DNA of 64,000 nt from an uncultured Nitrospiraceae bacterium (GTDB lineage: Bacteria > Nitrospirota > Nitrospiria > Nitrospirales > Nitrospiraceae), in NCBI GenBank assembly GCA_963846575.1, contig CAWJWJ010000002.1:2400001-2464000 (forward strand). Reading direction: 5' to 3'. Positions 30,121 through 40,439 of this stretch are shown here, one piece after another. A program made the position numbers and the translations under genes. Within the stretch, counting starts at the first letter, position 1. Each line of letters opens with the position of its first letter. Below the pieces are notes generated by a model. That model was not told the DNA's origin. It did not search any database and saw only the letters and a program-made list of their open reading frames with translations.

Positions 30121-31483
30121 CGAACCAGCCATTCGCAGCGCCGTTGTGAAACGCCTCTCGCGGCGTCACCACACCGTCACCGGCTTCGAGTCGGGAGAGG
30201 ACCTCATCAGGGCTGTGTCGCAGCATCTGCCCGACCTGGTTCTGCTGGACCTCAAGATGCCGGGCATGGGAGGGCTTGAGACGCTCCGGCAACTCCGCCC
30301 CCTTGCCCCGCAGACGCTCATCATCATGCTGACCGCGTATGGCACGGTCGAGGATGCGGTCGAAGCGATGCGGCTGGGCGCCTATGACTTTTTGATCAAA
30401 TCGGTGGATTTGTCCGCCGTCGATCCCGTGGTCGATCGAGCCCTCGAGTTTCTCGCGCTTCGCCAGCGCCTGGAGTTCTCGCTTGAAGATCAAAACAGCC
30501 CTTACGCCCTCTCCAACGTCGATGCGCGCAGTCCCGCCATGCAATTGTTGTTAGGGCAGGTTCGAGACGTGGCGCAGAATGCCAAATCGAGCGTCCTCCT
30601 CCAGGGTGAAACCGGGACGGGCAAGGAATTCCTCGCACGCGTCATTCACTGCAACAGCCCGCGGGCCACGGGCCCCTTCGTCGCCGTCAATTGCACGGCC
30701 ATTCCCAAGGAGCTCTTCGAAAGCGAACTGTTCGGCTTCGAACGGGGTGCTTTTACCGGCGCGCACCAACGCAAACGAGGACTGTTGGAAAAAGCCGAGG
30801 GCGGCAGCCTGTTTCTCGACGAAATCGGCGACCTGGACCCTGTCATGCAAGCCAAACTACTCCGGGTCCTGCAGGAACGAACGTTCCGGCGCTTAGGGGG
30901 CATGGAAGACCTGTCAGTGGATTTCCGCTTGATGACCGCGACCAATCGGGACCTCAAGCGGGAGACGGCGCGGGGCACCTTTCGCGAGGATCTCTATTTC
31001 CGGCTCAACGTCGTCACGTTCGAACTTCCCCCGCTGCGGGTCCGCACCGAGGATGTCCTTCCCCTCTGCAGGCAGGCCCTGCTGCGATTCGGAAAAGAGT
31101 TCGGCAAGGAGGTGGTGGATATCGAACCCGAGGCGCAAGACCTCCTCCAACGCTACAGCTATCCCGGCAATATCCGCGAACTCCAAAACATCATCGAGCG
31201 CGCCATGATCCTCTGTCATGACAAGACTCTGACCGCCGGCTGCCTGCCGAAAGAACTGCGTGACCAGACTCCGCAAATCGCGGTCGCTACGGCCCAGGGC
31301 GACCACCCCGCGTTACGGATCGAGATGGTGCTCGGCCAGCAAACGCTGGCGGATATCGAGTCGGCCCTGATCGAGGAAGTCGTGCGTCTCTCGGACCACA
31401 ACAAGACTCTGGCAGCCAAACACCTCGGGCTGACACGATTCGCCCTGGATCGCCGCCTCAAAAAACAGATGGAACACGATTGA
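30092..31483 (+). CDS. Sigma54 response regulator (NtrC/AtoC type)
   Basis: Receiver (LLDLKMPG), [17 protein letters not shown]; overlaps the kinase gene. Confidence 0.93.
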   Translation: MRATIYVTDDEPAIRSAVVKRLSRRHHTVTGFESGEDLIRAVSQHLPDLVLLDLKMPGMGGLETLRQLRPLAPQTLIIMLTAYGTVEDAVEAMRLGAYDFLIKSVDLSAVDPVVDRALEFLALRQRLEFSLEDQNSPYALSNVDARSPAMQLLLGQVRDVAQNAKSSVLLQGETGTGKEFLARVIHCNSPRATGPFVAVNCTAIPKELFESELFGFERGAFTGAHQRKRGLLEKAEGGSLFLDEIGDLDPVMQAKLLRVLQERTFRRLGGMEDLSVDFRLMTATNRDLKRETARGTFREDLYFRLNVVTFELPPLRVRTEDVLPLCRQALLRFGKEFGKEVVDIEPEAQDLLQRYSYPGNIRELQNIIERAMILCHDKTLTAGCLPKELRDQTPQIAVATAQGDHPALRIEMVLGQQTLADIESALIEEVVRLSDHNKTLAAKHLGLTRFALDRRLKKQMEHD

Positions 31484-31569
31484 CTGCAGTGGCACGGCGC
31501 TCTCGTCATTCCCGTCTTGTACTGGAGCGATGCGGGGCGGATAATGCGTCGATGGTACAGGAGTCCGTC

Positions 31570-32709
31570 ATGACTCGTCATAACCGATGGGTTCTGCCGA
31601 TCGTCGCCGGAATCAGCTGCGGGCTTCTTGCCCTCGATTTATTCATGCCGCTGGGAGTGGCTATCGGCGTCCTGTATGCGGGGATTGTCCTCTTCGCCTC
31701 CTCCTCGTCCAATCCTCGTCTCCCCTTGATCACTGCCGTCTGTGCCACCGGACTCCTCGTCATCGGAGCGGTGCTGGGGCCGCGCCTGAGCAGCATTCCG
31801 GTCTGGGTGGGCGTGACGAATTGCAGCCTCGGATTGATCATTGTCTGGATCTCGGCCATCCTGCTCCACCAACGGCATCAGGCGGAAATTCACCTTCGCC
31901 AGGCCAAGGAGGAGTTGGAGGACCGGGTCGCCGCCCGCACGAAGGAACTGGCAGACGTGAACCGGTCGCTGATGAACGAAATCTCAGAACACATTGAAAC
32001 GGAGCAGTCGCTTCGCCAGAGCGAGCAGGCGCTCGCGACCAGCCGGCAGGAGCTGCAGGATTTAGCCGCCCGGCTGCTGACCGCTCAGGAAGAAGAACGC
32101 CGTCGAATCTCCAGGGATCTGCACGACGACATCAACCAGCGCCTGGCCATGCTGGTCGTCCAGGTCGAATCGTTGGACAGCAATCTGCCGCCCTCCGCCG
32201 GGAGCTGTAGCAAGGAGTTGCGCTCGATCCAGGATCGCCTGACGGAGCTGTCGGATGATGTCCGCCATTTGGCCTACCAGTTTCATCCTTCCATTCTCGA
32301 TGACCTGGGGCTTCCCGTCGCACTGCAGCGTCTCGTTGATGACTGTGCCGGCCGTACCACCCTCGGCGGCATATTTGAAGCGTCTCCCTTACCCCGACCG
32401 CTCCCGCAGAAAATCGCGACCTGCCTCTATCGCATCGCCCAGGAATGCCTGGCCAATGTCGTGAAACATGCGCGAGCCACGCAGGTGAAGGTGATGCTTT
32501 CGTCGAATACCGAGAGCGTCACACTTAGCGTGGAGGATGACGGCGTGGGGTTCGATTCCCAGAATGTCATCGACGGCCACCGCGGCCTCGGGCTCATCAG
32601 CATGACGGAACGCGTACGATTGGTTGAGGGTTCCGTGACCATCGAATCACCCGCCCAACAAGGCACCTGCATACGCATCAGCGTCCCACTCGGGGAGGTT
32701 TCCGTATGA
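31570..32709 (+). CDS. Membrane sensor histidine kinase, HisKA_3 (NarX/UhpB type)
   Basis: N-terminal TM helices; EEERRRISRDLHDD; RIAQECLANVVKHA; DDGVGF. Confidence 0.9.
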   Translation: MTRHNRWVLPIVAGISCGLLALDLFMPLGVAIGVLYAGIVLFASSSSNPRLPLITAVCATGLLVIGAVLGPRLSSIPVWVGVTNCSLGLIIVWISAILLHQRHQAEIHLRQAKEELEDRVAARTKELADVNRSLMNEISEHIETEQSLRQSEQALATSRQELQDLAARLLTAQEEERRRISRDLHDDINQRLAMLVVQVESLDSNLPPSAGSCSKELRSIQDRLTELSDDVRHLAYQFHPSILDDLGLPVALQRLVDDCAGRTTLGGIFEASPLPRPLPQKIATCLYRIAQECLANVVKHARATQVKVMLSSNTESVTLSVEDDGVGFDSQNVIDGHRGLGLISMTERVRLVEGSVTIESPAQQGTCIRISVPLGEVSV

Positions 32710-33347
32710 CGATACCCCGCGTGTTGCTCGCTGACGACCATACGCTCGTGCTGGAGGGCTTCCGCCGTATCGTTGAGCAACGTTGCGAAGTCGTGGGAGC
32801 AGTCGAAGACGGGCGTGCGTTGCTGGAAGCTTCGATGCGGTTGCGACCGGATCTGATTCTGCTGGATATCTCGATGCCGCTGCTGAACGGCATCGATGCG
32901 GCGCGGCAGATCAAAAAGACACAGCCCGACGTCAAACTAGTGTTTGTCACCATGCATGCCGATCCCGCCTATGTGAGCGAAGCGTTTAAGGTCGGCGCGT
33001 CGGCATACCTGCTCAAGCGTTCCGCTGCCCGGGAACTGGACCAGGCCATCGACTCGGTCCTGAAGGGCGAGTTCTTTGTGACAGCCCTGCTGACCAGAGA
33101 CCTGGTCACTTCCCTGTCAGAAGACCATGCCACGCTGTTCGCGAAACGCCAGGACTTGACGCCTCGCCAGCGGGAGGTGTTACAGCTTGTGGCGGAAGGA
33201 CGCACCATCAAGGAAATTGCCGCCATGCTCAATATCAGTCCCAAGACAGTGGAGTTTCACAAGGCTCAGATCATGTTTCATCTCGACCTCCATACTACGG
33301 CCGAACTCACCAAGTACGCCCTGGCACATGGCCTCACGTCGGCGTGA
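32706..33347 (+). CDS. NarL/LuxR-family response regulator
   Basis: ADDH, LLDISMP, LTPRQREVLQLVAEG, ISPKTVEFH. Confidence 0.93.
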   Translation: MTIPRVLLADDHTLVLEGFRRIVEQRCEVVGAVEDGRALLEASMRLRPDLILLDISMPLLNGIDAARQIKKTQPDVKLVFVTMHADPAYVSEAFKVGASAYLLKRSAARELDQAIDSVLKGEFFVTALLTRDLVTSLSEDHATLFAKRQDLTPRQREVLQLVAEGRTIKEIAAMLNISPKTVEFHKAQIMFHLDLHTTAELTKYALAHGLTSA

Positions 33348-33545
33348 ACTGTTCCCCGCAACTCCGAAACATTGTGCACCGTCCCCCACCCTGCCGAGCC
33401 GCCCGCAATATTTTGCAGTCAACCTAGGATGTTGCCTAGTTGCTAGTCGTTCACTCATGTGGGTACTGTTCTAGGCAAGTCGCAGCACAGAATCAGCAGT
33501 TCATCGGGTCGTTCTGTCCGGGCATGTGAAGGGGAGGTCAAGGCA

Positions 33546-33749
33546 ATGGATTCCCCAGCCACACAATGTCAGTTTTGCTGGCGTGTTCGAGATGACGGAG
33601 CGACGAGGCCGCTCGCCACGGTCTGGGCCGATCTACCGGCTTTTCTGCAGAAATATGATGTGAAGCCCCATGATCTCACCTTTTCCGAAGGTTATTGCCC
33701 AGACTGTGACCGATTTTACGGCCAACTCACCCAGAATCTTTGGTCGTGA
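33546..33749 (+). CDS. Small CxxC...CxxC protein (putative Zn-binding)
   Basis: RBS GGGGAGG; CQFC and CPDC pairs; 67 aa. Confidence 0.72.
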   Translation: MDSPATQCQFCWRVRDDGATRPLATVWADLPAFLQKYDVKPHDLTFSEGYCPDCDRFYGQLTQNLWS

Positions 33750-34354
33750 CAGGCTGCGCTCTGAGGCCATCCAACAGGTACACAGGCGAGACAAGGGCAT
33801 ATCCTCCGCGCCGCGGCTTCTTCTTATCGAAGAACCTTTACATCGCGCCGTAGTCCGGTCCCAAGCCTTTCAGTCTTTTGGGGTGGCGGGATCTAACCTC
33901 TGGCGGCATCGTCGTAAATTCATGGGTTGGCCCACACCAAGGGACGCGTCCGAACTCTTCTTTGCATGGGGCACGAGCTTTCAAACCGCTGCGCCCTTGC
34001 GGCTAGGCGTCACGACGTCCTGCGAAGGGCTCCCGCTAAGGATTCCGTCATATCGCAGCCCCCCGTCGGCATGTACTGCTGCAGGACGAGAATCGCGTGA
34101 CCGCGCCCGATGTCTTGCGTGATGTCGTCAGATCAGCCACTCTAACGGATCAGTCCTGGCTTCGCTTCGGTAGAGCGCGTGGGATGCTCCATCCCGCCTT
34201 AGAAAGACTATGTGCTCGGCAACAGGGCCCGGCTGCTACGTTGGTTTCTGTATGGAAAGCTGCCATCATGACAGGTGTCTCGTAAATTTTCACAGGTGCT
34301 ATGCTGCGTAGCCCGATCATGCTGACAGGACGTTGTGGATGGAGGGATGCGCCG

Positions 34355-35770
34355 ATGACAGGTATGAACCGACAACGACCTCAGACGAGTCGGCATCCGC
34401 AGACGGGAGCCGGTTTCAACCGCAGTGCCGTTTGGTCCGGGGTGCTTGCAGTGGTTCGGCCGCGCCGCGGTTCCTGGAGGCAGGGACTCACAGCATTCGC
34501 TCGAGGTCTGGTGTTGTGTGCACTGCTCTCAGTTCCAGCCCTCGAATCGGCCGCTTCACCAGTCGACACCGGATCTCCCGGCACACCTCAACATTCCTTT
34601 TCGCTCGAGACCGTCCTGGAGTTGGCATTAGCCAACAACCCGACGGTCGCCAGCGCCGAGGGGACCATCGAACAAAACCGCGGGCATCAAGTCGCCGCCT
34701 ATACCTATCTCAATCCGTCAGTCAGCGCGAACAGTGGCCGAGGCAGGATGCGAGATCTGGGATTGTTCGATCCCTCCGTACGGGAAACGGTGACCGAATT
34801 CAATCTGACCGTGGGGCAACCGATCGAATGGCCGTCGAAACGTGCGGCCCGCCAACGGGCAACCGAAGCCGGCGTGGCAAGTGCCTCGGCCGGTTTGGCG
34901 GAAACGCGGTTGAACCTGGTGGCGGACGTCAAAGTCGCCTTTTATGACCTGCTTCTCGCTCAGCGGGCCCTGATCCTGGCACAACAGAACCTGGCGACCG
35001 TGGAAGATGTGGACAAGGCGGTACGAACCAGAGTCCGCCTGGGAGAAAGCCCGCAATTCGAAGCCATTCGATCCGGGGTGGAGGTCCTGAAAGCCAACCA
35101 ATCAGTCACAAGAGCAGCCAACCGGGTGCGTGTCAATCGGGTGATGCTCGATACCTTGACGGCCGGCTCGCTGGGTCCCTCCTATGCCATCGACGGCCAG
35201 CTTCACCGCGTCGGGCCCGGCTTTGGCATCGATATTCTGACCGAACGCGCGCTCACCCAGCACCCGACGATCCTCCGGCTGAGGAAATTCGTTGAACAGG
35301 CAGACCATAGGTTGGAGTTCGAGCGTCAAGCCAGGATCCCGAACGTGACAATCGGGGGCAGCTACTGGCGGGAGATCGGTCGAGAAGCCTTTACCGGCGG
35401 TGTCTCCTTCCCGACCCCCGTGTGGGATAGACGACAGGGTGAGATCATCTCGGCATTCGGCAGTAAACGAACGGGCGAAGCGGAATTCCTCCGCGCGCGG
35501 AATGAACTGATCCGCAATGTCAGTCAACACTTTCAGGACGCGAAAACCACTGCCGATATGATCGAGGTCTATGAAAAGGGTCTACTGAAACAGGCGGATG
35601 AAGCCCTGCGGATCGCCAAGTTCAGCTTCCAGCAGGGCGCCTCCAGCCTCATCGAGGTGCTGGATGCCCAGCGCGTGCAACGCCAGATTTTGCTAGACTA
35701 TGCTCAGGCGCAGTTTGACCTATCGATGTCACTCGCACTCTTGGAACGCGCCGTGGGAGGCGCAATATGA
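34355..35770 (+). CDS. TolC/CzcC-family outer membrane protein
   Basis: LELALANNP, PVWDRRQGEI, GASSLIEVLDAQR; first gene of the RND operon. Start uncertain. Confidence 0.88.
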   Translation: MTGMNRQRPQTSRHPQTGAGFNRSAVWSGVLAVVRPRRGSWRQGLTAFARGLVLCALLSVPALESAASPVDTGSPGTPQHSFSLETVLELALANNPTVASAEGTIEQNRGHQVAAYTYLNPSVSANSGRGRMRDLGLFDPSVRETVTEFNLTVGQPIEWPSKRAARQRATEAGVASASAGLAETRLNLVADVKVAFYDLLLAQRALILAQQNLATVEDVDKAVRTRVRLGESPQFEAIRSGVEVLKANQSVTRAANRVRVNRVMLDTLTAGSLGPSYAIDGQLHRVGPGFGIDILTERALTQHPTILRLRKFVEQADHRLEFERQARIPNVTIGGSYWREIGREAFTGGVSFPTPVWDRRQGEIISAFGSKRTGEAEFLRARNELIRNVSQHFQDAKTTADMIEVYEKGLLKQADEALRIAKFSFQQGASSLIEVLDAQRVQRQILLDYAQAQFDLSMSLALLERAVGGAI

Positions 35771-37011
35771 TGTCTCGGATCTCAGCGATGTTCATTCCTT
35801 CACGTTCACCGTCGTCCGCCACGCGTCGGACGGACACCCCTAATTTCGTTTATATACTGCTCGGCCTCGTGGTCTTGCTCGCCGGCTACGGGTGCGATGG
35901 GCCGCCCCCGAATGCCACCGGCGCCAATCCGCTTCCACCGGATCCCGGCAAGGGTCTGGTCTATCTAAGTGCCGAAGAGATCCAGACGGCCAATCTCCTG
36001 GTCCACCCCGTCGCGCGTGGGGAATTTCGTACCACCCGTGATTTTCCTGGCACCGTCGAACCGAACGAACATGCCTTGGCCGAGATCACCACACTGGTCC
36101 GTGGCCGGGTCATCGATGTGTATGCGGACCTGGGCCGGGAGGTCAAGGCCGGGACGCTGCTCGCGTTACTCTACAGCAGTGAACTCGGGATGGCACAATC
36201 CGCCTATCTGAAAGCGACCGCCAAGCTGAATGTCGCTGACCGGGCCTTCCGGAGGGCGGAATTGTTGCTGAGAGAAAAGGTCATCGGACTGGCGGAATCT
36301 CAGCGGCGTGAGGGGGAAATGCTCAGCCTGCGGGCCGAGCGACAGGAAGCACGGGATCGGCTGCTCCTCCTAGGCCTCACGGAAGAAGACTTGAGAAATC
36401 TGGATCGAAACCATACGATCCGTTCGCACGTTCCCGTCATGGCTCCCTTCGACGGCCGGGTGATCGCCCGCAACCTGACCAAGGGCGAGGTCGTGGAGAC
36501 CACCGAAAAACTTTTCGTGGTTGCGGATCTCTCGAACGTCTGGGTGACAGCCGTCATTCCCGAAAAGGATATCCCTTTCATCCGTCCCGACCTGACCGGA
36601 ACGGGTCAGACAGTGGAGGTGCATGTCGCCGCCTATCCCGGGGAGGTATTCCACGGACGGATCACCTACGTTGGGGATGTACTGGACCCGGCGACCCGCA
36701 CCATGCGTTTACGACTCGAACTCCCAAATACCGAACGCAAACTTAAACCCGCCATGTATGCCTCGGTCCGTGTCTATTCCGAACCGGAACCCGGTGTCCT
36801 GCTGATTCCCGAAGCCGCCGTTCAACGCGACCGCGACCGACAATTTGTTTTTGTCCAGCGTGAGTCCACCGTATTTGAGGCGCGCGACGTCAAACTGGGC
36901 CCTTCAAACGGCCATGACATCAAAGTGCTGGATGGACTGCTGGAGGGAGAAACGATCGTGACGAACGGAGCCTTTGTGTTGAAGTCCGAGTTGCTCGGGG
37001 AACAAATCTAG
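35767..37011 (+). CDS. RND periplasmic adaptor (CzcB/CusB-like)
   Basis: APFDGRVI, ADLSNVWV, LDPATRT, LKPAMY, GAFVLKSE. Confidence 0.9.
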   Translation: MMSRISAMFIPSRSPSSATRRTDTPNFVYILLGLVVLLAGYGCDGPPPNATGANPLPPDPGKGLVYLSAEEIQTANLLVHPVARGEFRTTRDFPGTVEPNEHALAEITTLVRGRVIDVYADLGREVKAGTLLALLYSSELGMAQSAYLKATAKLNVADRAFRRAELLLREKVIGLAESQRREGEMLSLRAERQEARDRLLLLGLTEEDLRNLDRNHTIRSHVPVMAPFDGRVIARNLTKGEVVETTEKLFVVADLSNVWVTAVIPEKDIPFIRPDLTGTGQTVEVHVAAYPGEVFHGRITYVGDVLDPATRTMRLRLELPNTERKLKPAMYASVRVYSEPEPGVLLIPEAAVQRDRDRQFVFVQRESTVFEARDVKLGPSNGHDIKVLDGLLEGETIVTNGAFVLKSELLGEQI

Positions 37012-37015
37012 CCTG

Positions 37016-40000
37016 ATGCTCGCCTCTTTTCTGGCATTCGCCCTGCGACAGCGCATCCTCGTCGTCGTCATGGCGTGTATCCTTGCCGCCGGGGGCATCT
37101 ATGCCTTCCGGACCATTGCCATCGACGCCTTCCCCGACGTCACCACTGTGCTGGTTCAGGTCGTCACCAAAGTCCCCGGAATGTCTCCCGCCGAAGTGGA
37201 ACGGTTCGTCACATTTCCCATGGAGCTGCAGTTGATGGGCGCGCCCGGCCTGACGGATATCCGCTCCTTCTCCAAAGTCGGGCTGTCGATGATTACCGTC
37301 GTCTTCACGGATGACATCGATATTTATCTGGCTCGCCAAGTGGTGCTCGAACGGGTACTGGAAGTCCAGGAGCTGTTGCCGCCCGGCTCCGTCTCTCAGC
37401 TCGTACCCAACACAACCGGACTGGGGGAGGTCTTTCAGTTTTATCTGGAAGGGCCTCACGACAATGACAAAGACTTTGTCATGAGCGACACGGATCTGAT
37501 GGAACGCCGGACGCTGGAGGATTGGGTGATCCGGCCCCTGCTGAAGGGTCTGCCCGATGTCGTCGATGTGAATTCGCTGGGGGGATTCGTCAAACAGTAC
37601 CAGGTGTTGGTGGAGCCTGGCTTGCTGCGGAAGTACGGCCTCGCGCTTCACGAGATCTTTGATGCCGTCGCTAAAAACAACGCCAATGCCGGTGGAAATA
37701 TTCTGGAGAAGGACGACGAAAAGTACGTGGTGCGCGGCGTTGGGTTGATTAAGACGCTGGAGGATATCGAACATATCGTCGTCAAGGAGGTAGCCGGGAC
37801 GCCGGTCTACGTGCGGGATGTCGCGGAAGTCCGAATCGGCCATGCCGTCCGCCATGGCGCGGCCGTGGTGAACGGCAAGCACGAGGTGATCACCGGCATT
37901 GTGTTGATGCTGCGCGGTGGCAATGCCCGGGAAGTCGTGCAGTCCATCAAGCACAAGATCGATGAGATTCACCAGAAGCGACTCCTGCCTGATGGTCTAC
38001 GAATCGTTCCGTTCTATGACCGGATCGAGTTAATTACGGCCGCCCTCGACACCGTGTATAAGGCCCTGCTGGAAGGCATTGTCCTGGTGGTGGTCATCCT
38101 CTTCCTGTTTCTCGGAAATGTGCGCAGCGCCCTCATCGTGACGGCCACCCTTATCGTGACGCCCCTCGTCACATTCATCATCATGGACCACATCGGGCTG
38201 ACGGCCAACCTCATGTCGCTTGGCGGATTGGTGATCGCCATCGGCATGATGGTCGATGGCTCAGTCGTGGTGGTTGAGAATGTCTACCGGCATCTTGCCG
38301 AACAACGGGATGACCGATTCAATAAGACCGCGGTCATCATGCACGCCGTCACCGAAGTCGGGCAGCCGGTGATCTTCGGCATTCTGATCATTATTCTCGT
38401 ATTCCTTCCGATCCTGACGCTTCAGGGGATGGAAGGAAAAATGTTTCAGCCTCTGGCTAACACGATCATTATCGCGCTGGTCGTCTCGCTGGTCCTCTCT
38501 CTGACGTTATCTCCGGTGCTCTGTGCTCTGGCGTTGAAGCGAGGGACCGAGGAGGACACGTTTCTCCTCCGCTGGGCCAAACGTGCCTACCTTCCGACCT
38601 TGCAGTGGGCAATGGGCCATCGAGTCATGGTGCTGGCGATCGCTCTGGGCCTCCTGGGAGCCAGCCTGTCGCTCTTTCCGTTTCTGGGGGGAGAATTCAT
38701 CCCCATCCTCAATGAGGGAACGATCTCGCCCCAGACCATTCGTTATCCAAGCATCGCGCTGGAGAAATCGATCGAGATCGAAAAAGAAATGCAGCGTGCC
38801 GTCATGGAGTTTCCCGAAGTGCGCCTGGTGGTATCCAAAATCGGGCGGTCGGAAATGGGGAACGACCCTCAGGAGCCCAATGCCAGCGACCCGGTCGTCA
38901 GCCTTCGCCCCATGGACGAATGGACCACCGCCGAGACGAAATCGGCCCTCGACGATGCCATTCGCAAGCGCATTGAAAAAGTCCCTGGGGCCAACTTTCT
39001 GTTTAGCCAACCGATTCAGCAACGGGTAGATGAACTGCTGTCCGGTGTCCGATCTGAGGCGACCATCAAAATCCTCGGCGAGGATCTCGAGGTATTGCGG
39101 AGTACCGCCGAAAAGATTCAGGGGATCATGACCTCGGTCAAGGGAGTGGGCGATGTGCGAGTGGAGCAGCTCTTCGGACAGACCTATCTCACGATTGACA
39201 TCGATCGCGGCAAGATCTCGCGATACGGCATTAATGTCGCGCACATTCAGGAAATCATTACCACTGCGATCGGGCAGGAAGCGGCAACCCGTGTCTATGA
39301 AGGGAACAAGCGATTTGACCTGACTTTTCGGTACCCTGAACAATATAGAAACAGCGTGGACACCATCAAGAATATCCTCCTGACCACTCCCACCGGCGCC
39401 CTGATCCCACTCGGCGATCTCGCCACGGTCGAGCTGCGTGAGGGACCGTCTCTGATCAGTCGGGAAGGCTTGCAGCGAAGAATCTATGTCGGATTCAACA
39501 CGCTGGGCCGGGATATTGAAAGCGTCGTCGCCGAAGCTCAGGCCAAAATCGACAAACAAATCCAGCTTCCTGCCGGTTATCACTTCGTCTGGGGCGGGTC
39601 TTTCGAAAACATGCAGCGCGCGATGGCGCGTTTGAAAATCATCCTGCCAATCACGATCGGCTTGATCTTTATTCTGTTGTTTGCCTCCTTCAATTCAGTC
39701 CGGCATGCGGCGCTGATCATTATGAACCTGCCGTTTGCGATGATCGGTGGAATCGTAGCCCTCTGGCTGACCGGCGAATATCTCAGCGTGCCGGCGTCCG
39801 TGGGGTTCATCAATTTATTCGGAGTGGCAGTCCTCAACGGGATCGTGTTGGTCTCCTACTTCAACAAACTACGCAAGGACGGCCTTCAAGGCGAGGACGC
39901 GATTATCAAAGGGTGCCTGCTTCGGCTCAGACCCGTCCTTATGACTGCGCTGGTCGCCTTGCTCGGTCTCATCCCTCTGGCATTCGCCCACGGCATCGGA

Positions 40001-40147
40001 TCGGAAGTGCAACGTCCTCTGGCCGTCGTCGTGATCGGAGGGCTAGTCAGTTCCACGCTCCTTACCCTGATCGTGTTGCCGGTGCTCTACCGATGGCTTG
40101 ACCCCCCTGATAAACCGGCCCCCAGTCAGGAGCACGCCGAGACCTGA
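37016..40147 (+). CDS. CusA/CzcA-family heavy-metal RND permease
   Basis: IDAFPDVT, NLMSLGG...VDGSVVVVEN, RLRPVLMTA, GSEVQRPLA. Confidence 0.93.
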   Translation: MLASFLAFALRQRILVVVMACILAAGGIYAFRTIAIDAFPDVTTVLVQVVTKVPGMSPAEVERFVTFPMELQLMGAPGLTDIRSFSKVGLSMITVVFTDDIDIYLARQVVLERVLEVQELLPPGSVSQLVPNTTGLGEVFQFYLEGPHDNDKDFVMSDTDLMERRTLEDWVIRPLLKGLPDVVDVNSLGGFVKQYQVLVEPGLLRKYGLALHEIFDAVAKNNANAGGNILEKDDEKYVVRGVGLIKTLEDIEHIVVKEVAGTPVYVRDVAEVRIGHAVRHGAAVVNGKHEVITGIVLMLRGGNAREVVQSIKHKIDEIHQKRLLPDGLRIVPFYDRIELITAALDTVYKALLEGIVLVVVILFLFLGNVRSALIVTATLIVTPLVTFIIMDHIGLTANLMSLGGLVIAIGMMVDGSVVVVENVYRHLAEQRDDRFNKTAVIMHAVTEVGQPVIFGILIIILVFLPILTLQGMEGKMFQPLANTIIIALVVSLVLSLTLSPVLCALALKRGTEEDTFLLRWAKRAYLPTLQWAMGHRVMVLAIALGLLGASLSLFPFLGGEFIPILNEGTISPQTIRYPSIALEKSIEIEKEMQRAVMEFPEVRLVVSKIGRSEMGNDPQEPNASDPVVSLRPMDEWTTAETKSALDDAIRKRIEKVPGANFLFSQPIQQRVDELLSGVRSEATIKILGEDLEVLRSTAEKIQGIMTSVKGVGDVRVEQLFGQTYLTIDIDRGKISRYGINVAHIQEIITTAIGQEAATRVYEGNKRFDLTFRYPEQYRNSVDTIKNILLTTPTGALIPLGDLATVELREGPSLISREGLQRRIYVGFNTLGRDIESVVAEAQAKIDKQIQLPAGYHFVWGGSFENMQRAMARLKIILPITIGLIFILLFASFNSVRHAALIIMNLPFAMIGGIVALWLTGEYLSVPASVGFINLFGVAVLNGIVLVSYFNKLRKDGLQGEDAIIKGCLLRLRPVLMTALVALLGLIPLAFAHGIGSEVQRPLAVVVIGGLVSSTLLTLIVLPVLYRWLDPPDKPAPSQEHAET

Positions 40148-40439
40148 CCCGTTGACCGGGAACTGCCGCCACCTATGGTCCCTAGTGACCTGCCGAGGTT
40201 TACCTCTGCCGGGGCATCCTGTATGTTGCACGCAGAGAAATCGTTGGGTTTGATCTGGACCGGCTTTAAGTTGTCCTTCTTCCATGCGTCGTCATGGACA
40301 CCATAGGGCCAACGGGCAATACCCGAGTGATGCTCCCTCACACGAATCCCAGCTAGAAAGCTCCTTCCGCTGAATGTTGCCTTTGCCGCCGCCCGATCCT
40401 GACAATTCCTCGCCGCTCCGGTTCCCGCATCGCAAAACC

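Noticed and set aside
33968..34083. Sigma54-like sequences upstream of the RND operon (GGGCACGAGCTTTCA; CGGCATGTACTGCTGCA)
   Set aside because: The first lacks the -12 GC; the second has 11-bp rather than 10-bp spacing.
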